64,000 nt of DNA from a virus. Both the position numbers and the translations under genes were made by a program. The notes beneath the pieces are model-generated. The model was not told the origin of the DNA, did no database searches, and saw only the letters and a list, made by a program, of their open reading frames with translations. The DNA is taken from the IMG/VR virus record IMGVR_UViG_3300028840_001735; one strand, 5' to 3'. Below are positions 5,570-15,313 of the stretch, one piece after another (the first letter of the stretch is position 1; the number at the start of each line of letters is the position of its first letter).

Positions 5570-8284
5570 TTATTTCCTTTTTAAACTGGTCATTACATTC
5601 ATTCTAGAACCTACAAAAGCAAATAAATCATTACCATAAGTAACAGAGTATAAATATTCTTTATATCTGTCAATACGCATTTTTGCAACTTCATAAAATG
5701 TCATACAATTATTACTAACCCATATACCTTGTGATGTTTCACTAGTAGTTTCTGAGTAACCACCTACAATAACATATAAACCATTAGCATAAAATACAGA
5801 ATTAAAATTTGTGCTAGAACCTGCACCTGTTTTTCTTTGTGTCCATGTTGTACCGTCTGGACTTGTTTGTATTTCTAAATCATCACCTACAGCAACATAT
5901 AAACCGTCATCTTCACTATAATATACATCTCTAAAAGTATCTGTGTAACTACCTGCTGCTGTTCGTTGTGTCCATGTTGTACCATCTGGACTTGTTTGTA
6001 TTTCACCACCAACACCTACAGCAACAAATAAATCATCGTTACTACTATAACATACACCCATAAAACCATCACCATAACCTCCTGCTGGTGTTCTTTGTGT
6101 CCATGTTGTACCGTCTGGACTCGTTTGTATTTCACCACTATAACCTACAACAACATATAAATCATCAGCAAGACTATAACATATATCTCTAAAAATATCT
6201 GTGTAACTACCTGCTGCTGTTCGCTGTGTCCATGTTATACCGTCTGGACTTGTTTGTATTTCACCACTACCACCTACAATAACAAATAAATCATCGTTAT
6301 TACTATAACAACCTCCATAAAAATTCCCTGTATAACTTCCTGCTGGTGTTCTACGTGTCCATATTATACCATCTACACTAGTTTGAATGTTACCATCTTC
6401 ACCAACAGCAATAAATAAATGTTCATAACCTGTTTTATTATTAGAAAATATATGGTAAATATCTTCTGAAATATAATCTAAATTATCTCCAGTTGTAACT
6501 TGATACCAATTAAATACATCTGAACTTGTTTGTATTTCACCAGCAATTCCTACAATAACAAATAAATCTATTGAATCACTAGCACATACAGCATAAAAAT
6601 TTTCTTCACAATATTTATCTGCTGTCCTTTGATACCATGTTATACCATCTGAACTCCTCTGAATTTCACCATTTTCACCTACAGCAATATAAGAACCTCT
6701 TACACTTCCATAACATACATCTCTAAAATCATCTGTGTAACTTCCTGCTGCTGTTCGCTGTGTCCATGTTGTACCATTTGAACTTGTTTGTATTTCGCCA
6801 GTAGCTCCTACAGCAATATATAAATCATTGTCTTCACTATAACATATACCATAAAAAGTATCTGTGTAACTACCTGCTGCTGTTCGTTGTGTCCATGTTG
6901 TACCGTCTGAACTCGTTTGTATTTCGCCAGTAGCTCCTACAGCAACAAATAAATCATCATTGCTACTATAACATATAGCCCTAAAATTTCCGCTATAACT
7001 TCCTGCTGCCGTTCTTTGTGTCCATGTTGTACCGTCTGGACTTGTTTGTATTTCACCATCATCACCAACAGCAACAAATAAACCATCGTTATTACTATAA
7101 CATACACCCCTAAAACCACTTGTGAATCCTCCTGCTGCTGTTCGCTGTGTCCAACTTACACCATCTGAACTCGTTTGTATTGCGCCAGCAGTTCCTACAG
7201 CAACAAATAAATCATTGTTACTACTATAACATACATCATAAAAAACACCACCAAAACTACTACCAGCTACTCGTTGTACCCATGTTATACCGTCTAAACT
7301 CGTTTGTATTTCGCCAGCAGTTCCTACAGCAACAAATAAATTTATACCAATATCAGCATTGTTAGAACATACAGCTTGAAAGTTTCCATTATACCCTACA
7401 TCAAACTTCTGTTTTTCCCAATTTTCAACTTGCATACGTTTTAGTTTATTTACTTCATCGAACCAATCAGAACCTAAATCAGATAAAGAATAATTAATAA
7501 CATTTTGATTATCTGTTGCATCACTTGGAATAGTTGGCGGACTTCCTGAACCAGCACCAGTCACATATCCTATATACCAATAACCCGCAAGTGCGTGCAA
7601 TGTTTGATCGCTCTGTCTCGATACAGTTGGACCTAACATCAATACCGTATAATCCGCCGCCGTTTCACTTACTGTAGACTGTCCAAGTAATCCAGTAGTT
7701 GTGATCGTATTATTTCCACCACTATAAGAAACAGTACACGTTTCAATAGCAATCGCTTCAGTTGTAGCACCTATCGCCGGTGTATTTTTCCAGACTAAAC
7801 AACTCCGTCCGGTATGTTCACGATCACCGTATATCAACGAATTAACATTGAATGTTATATTCGTTCCGTTGTCAGTTACAGAAGTCGGCGTACCTGATTC
7901 ACCTATCGTTTCTTCCCACTGAAGATATTCTGGATAAGCTGTTCTAGCATTTATCTGTATACCACTTGGTTTAACATCATATTTTAACGCTATATCGTAA
8001 TTTGTTGAATTGACATTTTCTATTTGAACATCTGTACAATAAACATTACTAGTCAAATCATGTCCAGAACCATCAGTACCACTTTGACTTGTGAGATCTA
8101 TTTCATCATTTCCTGAAGCCGATATGACTACTTTTGTACTTCCAAACGTACCATCATCATCGTAAACCCTACTCAATACGTTCGCTAAAGAATTATTCAA
8201 ATAATCCAGAAAGTAATCTTTAAAACTTTCTGTACCTAGTAACTTTTTAGTTACTATATTAGTGTATTTATCTCCAGTAGTCAT
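5570..8284 (-). CDS. distal tail protein with Asp-box (BNR) beta-propeller repeats; receptor-binding candidate
   Basis: 904 aa. There are 12 clear and 2 degenerate ~41-aa units containing G(E)IQTS(P/S)DG(T)TW. The gene follows the gpJ/gpI-like baseplate genes. Confidence 0.6.
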   Translation of the reverse strand: MTTGDKYTNIVTKKLLGTESFKDYFLDYLNNSLANVLSRVYDDDGTFGSTKVVISASGNDEIDLTSQSGTDGSGHDLTSNVYCTDVQIENVNSTNYDIALKYDVKPSGIQINARTAYPEYLQWEETIGESGTPTSVTDNGTNITFNVNSLIYGDREHTGRSCLVWKNTPAIGATTEAIAIETCTVSYSGGNNTITTTGLLGQSTVSETAADYTVLMLGPTVSRQSDQTLHALAGYWYIGYVTGAGSGSPPTIPSDATDNQNVINYSLSDLGSDWFDEVNKLKRMQVENWEKQKFDVGYNGNFQAVCSNNADIGINLFVAVGTAGEIQTSLDGITWVQRVAGSSFGGVFYDVCYSSNNDLFVAVGTAGAIQTSSDGVSWTQRTAAGGFTSGFRGVCYSNNDGLFVAVGDDGEIQTSPDGTTWTQRTAAGSYSGNFRAICYSSNDDLFVAVGATGEIQTSSDGTTWTQRTAAGSYTDTFYGICYSEDNDLYIAVGATGEIQTSSNGTTWTQRTAAGSYTDDFRDVCYGSVRGSYIAVGENGEIQRSSDGITWYQRTADKYCEENFYAVCASDSIDLFVIVGIAGEIQTSSDVFNWYQVTTGDNLDYISEDIYHIFSNNKTGYEHLFIAVGEDGNIQTSVDGIIWTRRTPAGSYTGNFYGGCYSNNDDLFVIVGGSGEIQTSPDGITWTQRTAAGSYTDIFRDICYSLADDLYVVVGYSGEIQTSPDGTTWTQRTPAGGYGDGFMGVCYSSNDDLFVAVGVGGEIQTSPDGTTWTQRTAAGSYTDTFRDVYYSEDDGLYVAVGDDLEIQTSPDGTTWTQRKTGAGSSTNFNSVFYANGLYVIVGGYSETTSETSQGIWVSNNCMTFYEVAKMRIDRYKEYLYSVTYGNDLFAFVGSRMNVMTSLKRK
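5645..7387 (-). repeat. tandem ~123-126 bp coding repeats (propeller blades)
   Basis: Long near-identical strings such as cctgctgctgttcg(t/c)tgtgtccatgttgtacc recur near 5952, 6211, 6744, 6873, 7002 and 7131. Confidence 0.9.
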
Positions 8285-8303
8285 AACTAAACACCATTCC
8301 TAT

Positions 8304-8657
8304 TTAACTAACTTTTCCAAACTTAGGTAGAACATTAACAACCATTTCGAGATTACCTGAACCACTAGTATGATCCCAAGCAATTCTAGCATATCTATAT
8401 TTACAAACTACCTCTTCATAACCAGAACCAGGTGTACCACCTGGATTGATAGCGAATGTAAACGGTATCTCTTGCCAACCTACACCACCACCGGCAAGAG
8501 AATCGTCGTTTGTGACTTCTAAATCAAAATCGCCAGATAAATCGTTTGTCCAAGTATACGTGATACTAAATTCGTCAGAATATCTTAAATCAATAACTAA
8601 ACTGTTTGTATCGGCGCCTATAACACCACCGTCAAAAATAGTTCCTGCTGTTTTCAT
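8304..8657 (-). CDS. hypothetical protein (small beta-rich tail-associated)
   Basis: 117 codons with an ATG start, packed between the gpI-like and propeller genes. Confidence 0.5.
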   Translation of the reverse strand: MKTAGTIFDGGVIGADTNSLVIDLRYSDEFSITYTWTNDLSGDFDLEVTNDDSLAGGGVGWQEIPFTFAINPGGTPGSGYEEVVCKYRYARIAWDHTSGSGNLEMVVNVLPKFGKVS

Positions 8658-8669
8658 TTTATATTTCTC

Positions 8670-11600
8670 CTATGTTACAGAATACGGTAAAGAAACTTTA
8701 CCAAAAACATTTGCATTGCCGTCTAATTTGCTACCTAAATAAAAAAACATCACTGTCTGAACGTATTGAGCCCAACGATTAGTCGTATCAGATACACCGC
8801 CGGTTGTAGCGCCCTGTACTTCAATCGTCCCAAGTGTTGGATCTAACGTTATAACCATCGGTTGATAAGCACTAAACGTTATTACTGTAGTATCGGCAAC
8901 TAAAGATCCGTTTGCATACATTTCTATTTTACCGGCAGCACCGGCAGCACTATTATATCTCAAAAATACTTCTTGCCCTGTAGTTGAATTGTATAAAGTA
9001 TAAATATAAAAGTCTTGTTCCGGTGCTTCGGTTGTTCCGAATTCTGGCTCCCATAAAATCGAATGCCTTTGTTTACTTATACTTGTAGAAAAACTACTTA
9101 AAGCTAAACTCGCCGTTCCAGCTTTACGCATACAAGGTTCTTCTCTGTCAGCAGGTTCTGAATTTGGTTCTACCCTAGCGTGCCATAAATATAAACCACT
9201 TGAACCATCACCTTGATAACTATTAGAACCATCCTCGTCTGCCAAGTATATATAAACAGAACTCGAACCAGAAGAAGTAGTTGTGTCAACTATCCAACAC
9301 CTATACCAATCATCACCTACATATTCTATACCAGAACTTTCAAGATTAGTTGTTGTACCTACGGCGCCGTTTGTTAAATCAAAATATGCTGATGGTAAAG
9401 CACCACCGCTAAACTGTCCGCTTGAAGCAAAGTTTATTCTGATAAAATCGCGTTCGCCGGCTTTAGCATATACACTAAATACATACTGTGTAGCATCAGA
9501 ATAAGAAATACTAGCAGAATAAGCAGCATGAACGTCGTCTGAAGAATCTTCTATCAGTTTATCTGCCGTAAGTGTTCCATTCGGTGAAACTATAGAATTC
9601 TCTGATATAGTCGCTTGCGCTTTAGTCCAGTCACTATCATCAAGTTCATTCGGATGTGTTACCATATTTACTGTTGGTAAACTGATAACACTAGGACGAT
9701 CGCCGATCTCTAGTTTAGCATTCCATAAATACAAACCACTTGAACCATCGCCGTTATATGATTCATTTCCTTCAGTGTCACACAAATAAAATGTACATGG
9801 CGTAGACGATGCAAGATTAGATTCCTGTGATATATAACATCTATACCAACCACCACCAACATCTTCTATTCCATAATTGCTTGGACTACCTTGTGCACCT
9901 GGACTAGTACCTATAACACCATTAGTTAGATCAAAATCAACATTTGTTTCATCTGTAAACCCTGTTGTTGCTATATTCATTCGTAACCAAGTTCGTTCAC
10001 CGGCTTTAGCGTATACACTAAAACAATAATCCGAAGAACCGTCCGGCGTTTTATATTGTTGCATTACATGATTGTTTGATGATGTACTATCCTCTACTAG
10101 TTTATCTGCCGTAAGCGTTCCATCCGGTGCCCTTGTAGTATTCGCCGTCACAGTAGTTCTAGTTTTTGTCCAGTCACTATGATTAAACTCTTGAGCCCTT
10201 GTAAAAAGATTTGTGTTTGTATGTATTGGACTTGTCGGAAAATAACCTTTTTCTATTTGTGTATTCCATATATAAGCACCACTTGATCCATCGCCTAAAT
10301 ATGTTACTGTTTCGTCATATTCTGTCACATATAAATAAGCTGATGTTGCTGTTTCTGAATCACTAGTTGCTATAACCCAACATCTATACCAATCATTTCC
10401 AATATCATATATGCCAGAACTATCTATTCCGGCACCCTCTGTTCCTACTTCGCCGTTTACTAAATCAAAATGGCAATATGTATTAACCGGGAAACCGGCA
10501 GAAAGAACTATTTGAATATCACGTCCATTACCTTTAGCATACACACTAAAACAATATTTTGAACTACCATCAGGAGTAAACGCCGAACTTTGGTATACTG
10601 TATGTGAAGAATTACTAGAGTCTTCTCTGATTCTACTAGCTGTTTCTGTATTGTTCGGCGCAGTTATAGTAATGCTAGGAACATCAACATTACCAACAGA
10701 CCAAGTAGAACCATCTAAACGTTGCGATTGATCTAAATAGTTAGATGCTTCACCTTCACTTAGTAAAGCTAATCTGTTATATAGCCTACCATAAATAGCC
10801 ATATTAGAATTATAATAATCACTTACTGAATTTTCGTTAATGTTATACCTTGGACCTAACCAATTACTATAACTAACATCTAAAATATCGGCATAGCTTT
10901 CTAATTCAGTATCAACTGTATCTATTGATTCTATTTCTTCACAACATATGTAACAATCACGTACAAGAAAACCAACACCATCAGGGTAAACTAATGGTGA
11001 ATAATCTGTAGTTTCAATAACCAGATTACCGTCTATAAAAATACTTATCTTTAGTTGGATGCCTTCCCAACACAATTGAACTCTAAATCCATAATATATA
11101 TCCTCATATAGTTCTATGGTTGTAGAGGTGAGAATTTCAGATAAATATCTACTTTTATCATAATACTTTCTTATATATAATGTGTTCGGTATATAGTTTA
11201 TACAATAACCATTTACGATATAAGATTCAAAATTGCTACCAGTTGTTTCAGACTTGTTTATAAAAAGGTTTATATTAGGATTTGTATCTGTTTCATGATA
11301 TTTAATTCTAGCATACGTAATCTGAGATACCCATTCTGAAGATACTACATTATTCCATGCAACTTCTATATCATCATTATCATTTTCACCTACTTGCATA
11401 TAACCATCTTCAACAGTTATAGAATATGTACTTGAATCGCTCCATTGTGAATCATCACTGTCTATAATAAAGCGATCTAAAAATCTTAGATACGTAATCT
11501 CCCATGATTCACCAGTCGCACGGAAAATATTATTCATTAAATTTTCAACTAATGTTCTGTTCAAACTACCTGAATCAACTATTCTTAGATTAGATATATA

Positions 11601-12077
11601 TTCGCTACCTAATTCATCTGGATCTGGTAAAGCTATACACCAAGGATCAACGCCTTCATGTTCTTCACCGGGGCCGGTTTCATCTAACACCCATCTGAAA
11701 TCAAACCAATTCCATATAAGATTACGTTCACCAGTTACATAGTATAAAACTTCTTGGATTATATCTTCTGAACCACGTTCCTTCCAAAGTTCAGCAGATA
11801 CCACGATCAAACGACGTAATTCATTATAAGTCAAACCAGAAGTTATATTATCTAGGTTATCAGTCCAACCAACAATATTTTTTAAGTACTGTAAATACTC
11901 ATCTGGACAATCCGAAACAGACCACAAATCCGGTATTGTCTGTATAATATTTGCGTTTGTTTCCCAAACACTTTGTGGTCCTGTTAAGTAACGTTCTAGA
12001 AACTGTAATCCCTCGCGCTGATCCGCCATACGGATTGCGCCGATTATAAAATCATATATTTGTCTAGGTACAGTCAT
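8670..12077 (-). CDS. baseplate/tail protein: P2 gpI-like N-terminus fused to three lectin-like modules
   Basis: N-terminus IPDLWSVSDCPDEYLQYLKNIVGWT...RRLIVVSAELWKERGSEDIIQEVL matches the Tail_P2_I pattern. It sits immediately downstream of the gpJ-like gene (TAATG overlap). Residues ~445-975 hold three ~175-aa repeats. Confidence 0.6.
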   Translation of the reverse strand: MTVPRQIYDFIIGAIRMADQREGLQFLERYLTGPQSVWETNANIIQTIPDLWSVSDCPDEYLQYLKNIVGWTDNLDNITSGLTYNELRRLIVVSAELWKERGSEDIIQEVLYYVTGERNLIWNWFDFRWVLDETGPGEEHEGVDPWCIALPDPDELGSEYISNLRIVDSGSLNRTLVENLMNNIFRATGESWEITYLRFLDRFIIDSDDSQWSDSSTYSITVEDGYMQVGENDNDDIEVAWNNVVSSEWVSQITYARIKYHETDTNPNINLFINKSETTGSNFESYIVNGYCINYIPNTLYIRKYYDKSRYLSEILTSTTIELYEDIYYGFRVQLCWEGIQLKISIFIDGNLVIETTDYSPLVYPDGVGFLVRDCYICCEEIESIDTVDTELESYADILDVSYSNWLGPRYNINENSVSDYYNSNMAIYGRLYNRLALLSEGEASNYLDQSQRLDGSTWSVGNVDVPSITITAPNNTETASRIREDSSNSSHTVYQSSAFTPDGSSKYCFSVYAKGNGRDIQIVLSAGFPVNTYCHFDLVNGEVGTEGAGIDSSGIYDIGNDWYRCWVIATSDSETATSAYLYVTEYDETVTYLGDGSSGAYIWNTQIEKGYFPTSPIHTNTNLFTRAQEFNHSDWTKTRTTVTANTTRAPDGTLTADKLVEDSTSSNNHVMQQYKTPDGSSDYCFSVYAKAGERTWLRMNIATTGFTDETNVDFDLTNGVIGTSPGAQGSPSNYGIEDVGGGWYRCYISQESNLASSTPCTFYLCDTEGNESYNGDGSSGLYLWNAKLEIGDRPSVISLPTVNMVTHPNELDDSDWTKAQATISENSIVSPNGTLTADKLIEDSSDDVHAAYSASISYSDATQYVFSVYAKAGERDFIRINFASSGQFSGGALPSAYFDLTNGAVGTTTNLESSGIEYVGDDWYRCWIVDTTTSSGSSSVYIYLADEDGSNSYQGDGSSGLYLWHARVEPNSEPADREEPCMRKAGTASLALSSFSTSISKQRHSILWEPEFGTTEAPEQDFYIYTLYNSTTGQEVFLRYNSAAGAAGKIEMYANGSLVADTTVITFSAYQPMVITLDPTLGTIEVQGATTGGVSDTTNRWAQYVQTVMFFYLGSKLDGNANVFGKVSLPYSVT
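9153..10745 (-). repeat. three tandem ~175-aa protein modules
   Basis: Each module contains (S/D)W(T/S)....V....(AP/SP)(D/N)GT.TA(D)...EDS...H, then (C/V)FSVYAK(A)G.R, FDL.NG.VGT, WYRC and GDGSSG.Y(L/I)W. Confidence 0.8.
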
Positions 12078-14260
12078 TATCCCGCCGTTATAACAATAGT
12101 TCCGGCAACCGGCAATTCTCTAGATAACAATTCTAGATTAGCGGCAAACCCGTTGATAGTTAAATTCTCTACCCTTGTAATATTTGAATCTGAAGCAAAT
12201 ATTTCATGAGTTATTCTTGATAAATAAACATCCTCACCAAACTGCCATTCAAATTCAACACCGTCTGATTTTCTTGTATCAGGTTGTAGTAATGCTGTAA
12301 GACTATCCTCTATAGCATCTACATCTAAAGCATCATAAACAGTAGCGGTGATATTCACAACCTTTTGAGTATAGTTTGTAGAAGTAATCTCTTGATTAGC
12401 TACAAGTCTTTTAGGTTTTACCGGTGACGAATACCGATCACCGTTGAAATATTCATCTAACGCCGATAACTGTGCAGAAGTAGCAACCCCACCGCCGGCA
12501 GTTACTACAACTAATTCAACAGTCTTAGGACCAAAACCACCTTCAACGGCATAACCTCTTATAAATATTTTTGAATTCGTGTTTTCATCTATGTAATCCA
12601 ACAACATAGATTCTATATCGTCTGGACTAATTGCAACCGTTTTAGTTCTCAAAGATGCTGGACCAGATATTTTTGCAAGTTCTAAACTCTCTGTACTTGC
12701 CGATTGCGATTCTTGCCAACCAACCGCCGGCCTTGGGTTCCATACTGAAGACACATCGGTTAAACCAGACTTGTCTACCACTATAGTGTTTGCACCAACA
12801 TTACCATCAGCATCGGCATCATAACGATATACAGAAGCTATAGTTGATCCACTTCCTGGTATCTTTCCTCTAATCCCATCACCAAAAGTAAATGTTGCCC
12901 GATCGTCTTCACCTAGTGAAACAGTGTAATGTTTACTGACAGATGTACTCTGTAGAAAATCATCAACCCTAGTCCATTCAACAGAATCAACCGTTACAGT
13001 TTCCGATTCATCTATAAAACCTGTTTTTACAGTAGAAAATTCTTGATCCGCTGAACCATCAGAAGTACCCATGTTAGATTCTGTAAACGTTTGTCCCTGG
13101 ATCATAGATACTTTAACATATTGATCACCTTGATCAATTACTATTCGATCTATTATAGGTGCTGTTCCGGCAGTATAAGATATAACACGATAACGTATCC
13201 AGTAATTTGTTTCACCGTTTATCTCTGCCGTTTCCCAACTCTCTGTTAAATTTTCTGGTAAAGTATATTCAACAGTATCAGAAGAAGATAGATTAGATGT
13301 GTTATCTGTAACGTCGCTTATTTCTTTCCAAGCACTACCTACAGTATAATGAGTTTCATCGGTATCAAGATCGGCAAGTTGCTGTCCTAATAGTGTTGTG
13401 GTTGTTATATAATTCTTGTTTCCTTCTCCGTAATCTGCCCATTCTGAGATTACATCTTCATAAGTACCTGAAGCGTCTAGCTGAACCCTAACAGATGTAC
13501 CTGTCCGTTCGCTAGTGCCAAGAATACCATCAACGGCAAAACGTAAAGTTGAACCTACAAGAGTAACATCATCTGGATTATCATCTAAATAATCGCCGTC
13601 GTAATACTCCCATAGCCCAACTAATCCACTTGAACCTGTGTCAAGTGTTATATCTAACTGATCCCACATCACCCCGCTATGTCCTATATATAAACAGTCT
13701 CGATTAGCAGGAACAGACCAAGGTGTAAAATCGTCGCCGGGTGCGCTGTTTGCTTCTGTTGTATAATCTGTATATGTATCTGTACTTTGATCGTATGCAA
13801 ACACGTTTGTAAGATCACCTGTTTCACTTGCGGCGACAGTTAAAGCCGTTAACGCTTCATAATATATAGTGGTTCCTGTAACTTGCGCTTTAGTTGCTAC
13901 TTTTGAATTCGCTGAAACTACTACTGTAGAAGCCGATAAAGCACCGGTTAATTTCATAACTATATCGACTTCTGCCGGTGATACCGAACTCAAATCATAG
14001 TCGATTAGCTTCAACATGTTCCTGATATTTTCTGGTAACTGTGCTGTGACTAATGTGCTCTCATTAGCTACCATATCAGCAAGTGTATTATTTAAATGTC
14101 CTACAAGGGCAAACGCCCTTAGTAATTGTATCAAAGGTTCTTGTGGAGATTCATCTGTTAATTCAGGTAAATTAATTCTTTTAAACTGGATTAGTGATTC
14201 TAAAATTTCACCGTAATAAAATGAAGCCCAATTAAAACTAGGTATTGAAATAGTTGTCAT
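12077..14260 (-). CDS. baseplate J-like protein (P2 gpJ / Mu gp47 class)
   Basis: 727 aa, positioned between the gpW-like and gpI-like genes. The N-terminal region ...PQEPLIQLLRAFALVGHLNNTLADMVANESTLVTAQ fits the Baseplate_J pattern. Confidence 0.6.
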   Translation of the reverse strand: MTTISIPSFNWASFYYGEILESLIQFKRINLPELTDESPQEPLIQLLRAFALVGHLNNTLADMVANESTLVTAQLPENIRNMLKLIDYDLSSVSPAEVDIVMKLTGALSASTVVVSANSKVATKAQVTGTTIYYEALTALTVAASETGDLTNVFAYDQSTDTYTDYTTEANSAPGDDFTPWSVPANRDCLYIGHSGVMWDQLDITLDTGSSGLVGLWEYYDGDYLDDNPDDVTLVGSTLRFAVDGILGTSERTGTSVRVQLDASGTYEDVISEWADYGEGNKNYITTTTLLGQQLADLDTDETHYTVGSAWKEISDVTDNTSNLSSSDTVEYTLPENLTESWETAEINGETNYWIRYRVISYTAGTAPIIDRIVIDQGDQYVKVSMIQGQTFTESNMGTSDGSADQEFSTVKTGFIDESETVTVDSVEWTRVDDFLQSTSVSKHYTVSLGEDDRATFTFGDGIRGKIPGSGSTIASVYRYDADADGNVGANTIVVDKSGLTDVSSVWNPRPAVGWQESQSASTESLELAKISGPASLRTKTVAISPDDIESMLLDYIDENTNSKIFIRGYAVEGGFGPKTVELVVVTAGGGVATSAQLSALDEYFNGDRYSSPVKPKRLVANQEITSTNYTQKVVNITATVYDALDVDAIEDSLTALLQPDTRKSDGVEFEWQFGEDVYLSRITHEIFASDSNITRVENLTINGFAANLELLSRELPVAGTIVITAG

Positions 14261-14263
14261 TTG

Positions 14264-14644
14264 TTACACTCCAGATGAAAATGTTTTCTGGAAACTAAAA
14301 GGAGTATCTGTTTCTAAGTTTATAAAATTACAACTTAAAGTCAATTCGTTTCCTTCAGTATTTGAATTGAATTTTACAGTATTCATCATCAACTTGTATA
14401 GTTTGTCTTCTTCAAACTCTTTTGATATTTTACGCAATCGGTTTACAATACTTGCCCTAAGTTGTGTATTATTCAAACCAAAAATCATAACCTCACCTAA
14501 AGCAACATCCTGTTGAAAAGCATTTTCATTGTCACCATCACCAAGCGCAAGATTTATAATCTTTCTAGCTTGATCGTCACCGTCTGTAGTATCTGTACCT
14601 CCTAATGAATTTACTCTTAATGGTAATGATAAACCTTTAGCCAT
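14264..14644 (-). CDS. baseplate protein, gpW/gp25-like
   Basis: 126 aa, positioned between the gpV-like and gpJ-like genes. It shows a loose GPW_gp25 pattern (LPLRVNSLGG...IINLALG). Confidence 0.45.
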   Translation of the reverse strand: MAKGLSLPLRVNSLGGTDTTDGDDQARKIINLALGDGDNENAFQQDVALGEVMIFGLNNTQLRASIVNRLRKISKEFEEDKLYKLMMNTVKFNSNTEGNELTLSCNFINLETDTPFSFQKTFSSGV

Positions 14645-14653
14645 AATTATACC

Positions 14654-15313
14654 TCATAAACTTGTAACTAACTGTGAATAAACCGTAGGTGGTAATGGAA
14701 TAGCCGGTGGTCCACTTGGTCCCATCATTGTTGGGTGTGTATGTGCATCAAAAATAGCTTTAAATAATTGCCCTAACACTATAGGCTCTGTAGCATTTTC
14801 ACCTAACTGTATCGAATTATCAGAAATAACTATTTTTACAGCACCGTTATTATAAGAAATTGTAATCGTACCTGCTGAATTATCCATAATAAACTGATGC
14901 CCACCTACACAGTTTATCGTAATCAATTCAGAACCTTCAGTATCATCAAAAATAAATGTATGCCCAGCAGGAGTAGCAAAACCACGGCGTTTACCATAGT
15001 TAGTCAGAAACTCTTCGTTTATAGGTGTATCAGAATTATAATATCTTTTACCAAGCCAACACGGATTAGGCGCTTCAATAAATGCTTGCCCATAACTCTG
15101 ATCTTTATCGCTACCAGTTACAACTTCTATTTCAACTTCTTCCCCTATATCTGGAATATAAAACCAACCCCAATCCAATTTCGGATAGATCCAAGTATTA
15201 TATTTCACCTCATCTGAACCAAATAAACCAACACAAGAAACCTGAATACCGCCACGCTGATCAGGATCTTGGTTGTCTAATACAGTTGCATCATATGTTT
15301 CTATATTATTCAA
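14654..15313 (-). CDS. baseplate spike/assembly protein V-like (gp5/VgrG OB-fold type)
   Basis: TTG start overlapping the upstream TGA, with SD AAGGTGA 5 nt upstream. N-terminus ATVLDNQDPDQRGGIQV and C-terminal HTHPTMMGPSGPP are typical of gpV-class spikes. Confidence 0.6.
   Translation of the reverse strand: MNNIETYDATVLDNQDPDQRGGIQVSCVGLFGSDEVKYNTWIYPKLDWGWFYIPDIGEEVEIEVVTGSDKDQSYGQAFIEAPNPCWLGKRYYNSDTPINEEFLTNYGKRRGFATPAGHTFIFDDTEGSELITINCVGGHQFIMDNSAGTITISYNNGAVKIVISDNSIQLGENATEPIVLGQLFKAIFDAHTHPTMMGPSGPPAIPLPPTVYSQLVTSL

Noticed and set aside
5800-7365. Track ORFs 6937..7119 (-) and 7147..7365 (+), and the idea of a non-coding repeat array
   Set aside because: Both are alternative-frame or antisense readings of the propeller-blade repeats inside the 904-aa ORF. 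The repeat period (123-126 bp) is a multiple of 3 and encodes a coherent Asp-box motif.
8670-12077. Diversity-generating retroelement acting on the lectin-like repeats
   Set aside because: No reverse transcriptase gene is present in the window, and no template/variable repeat pair with adenine-specific mismatches was found. The modules have diverged throughout.
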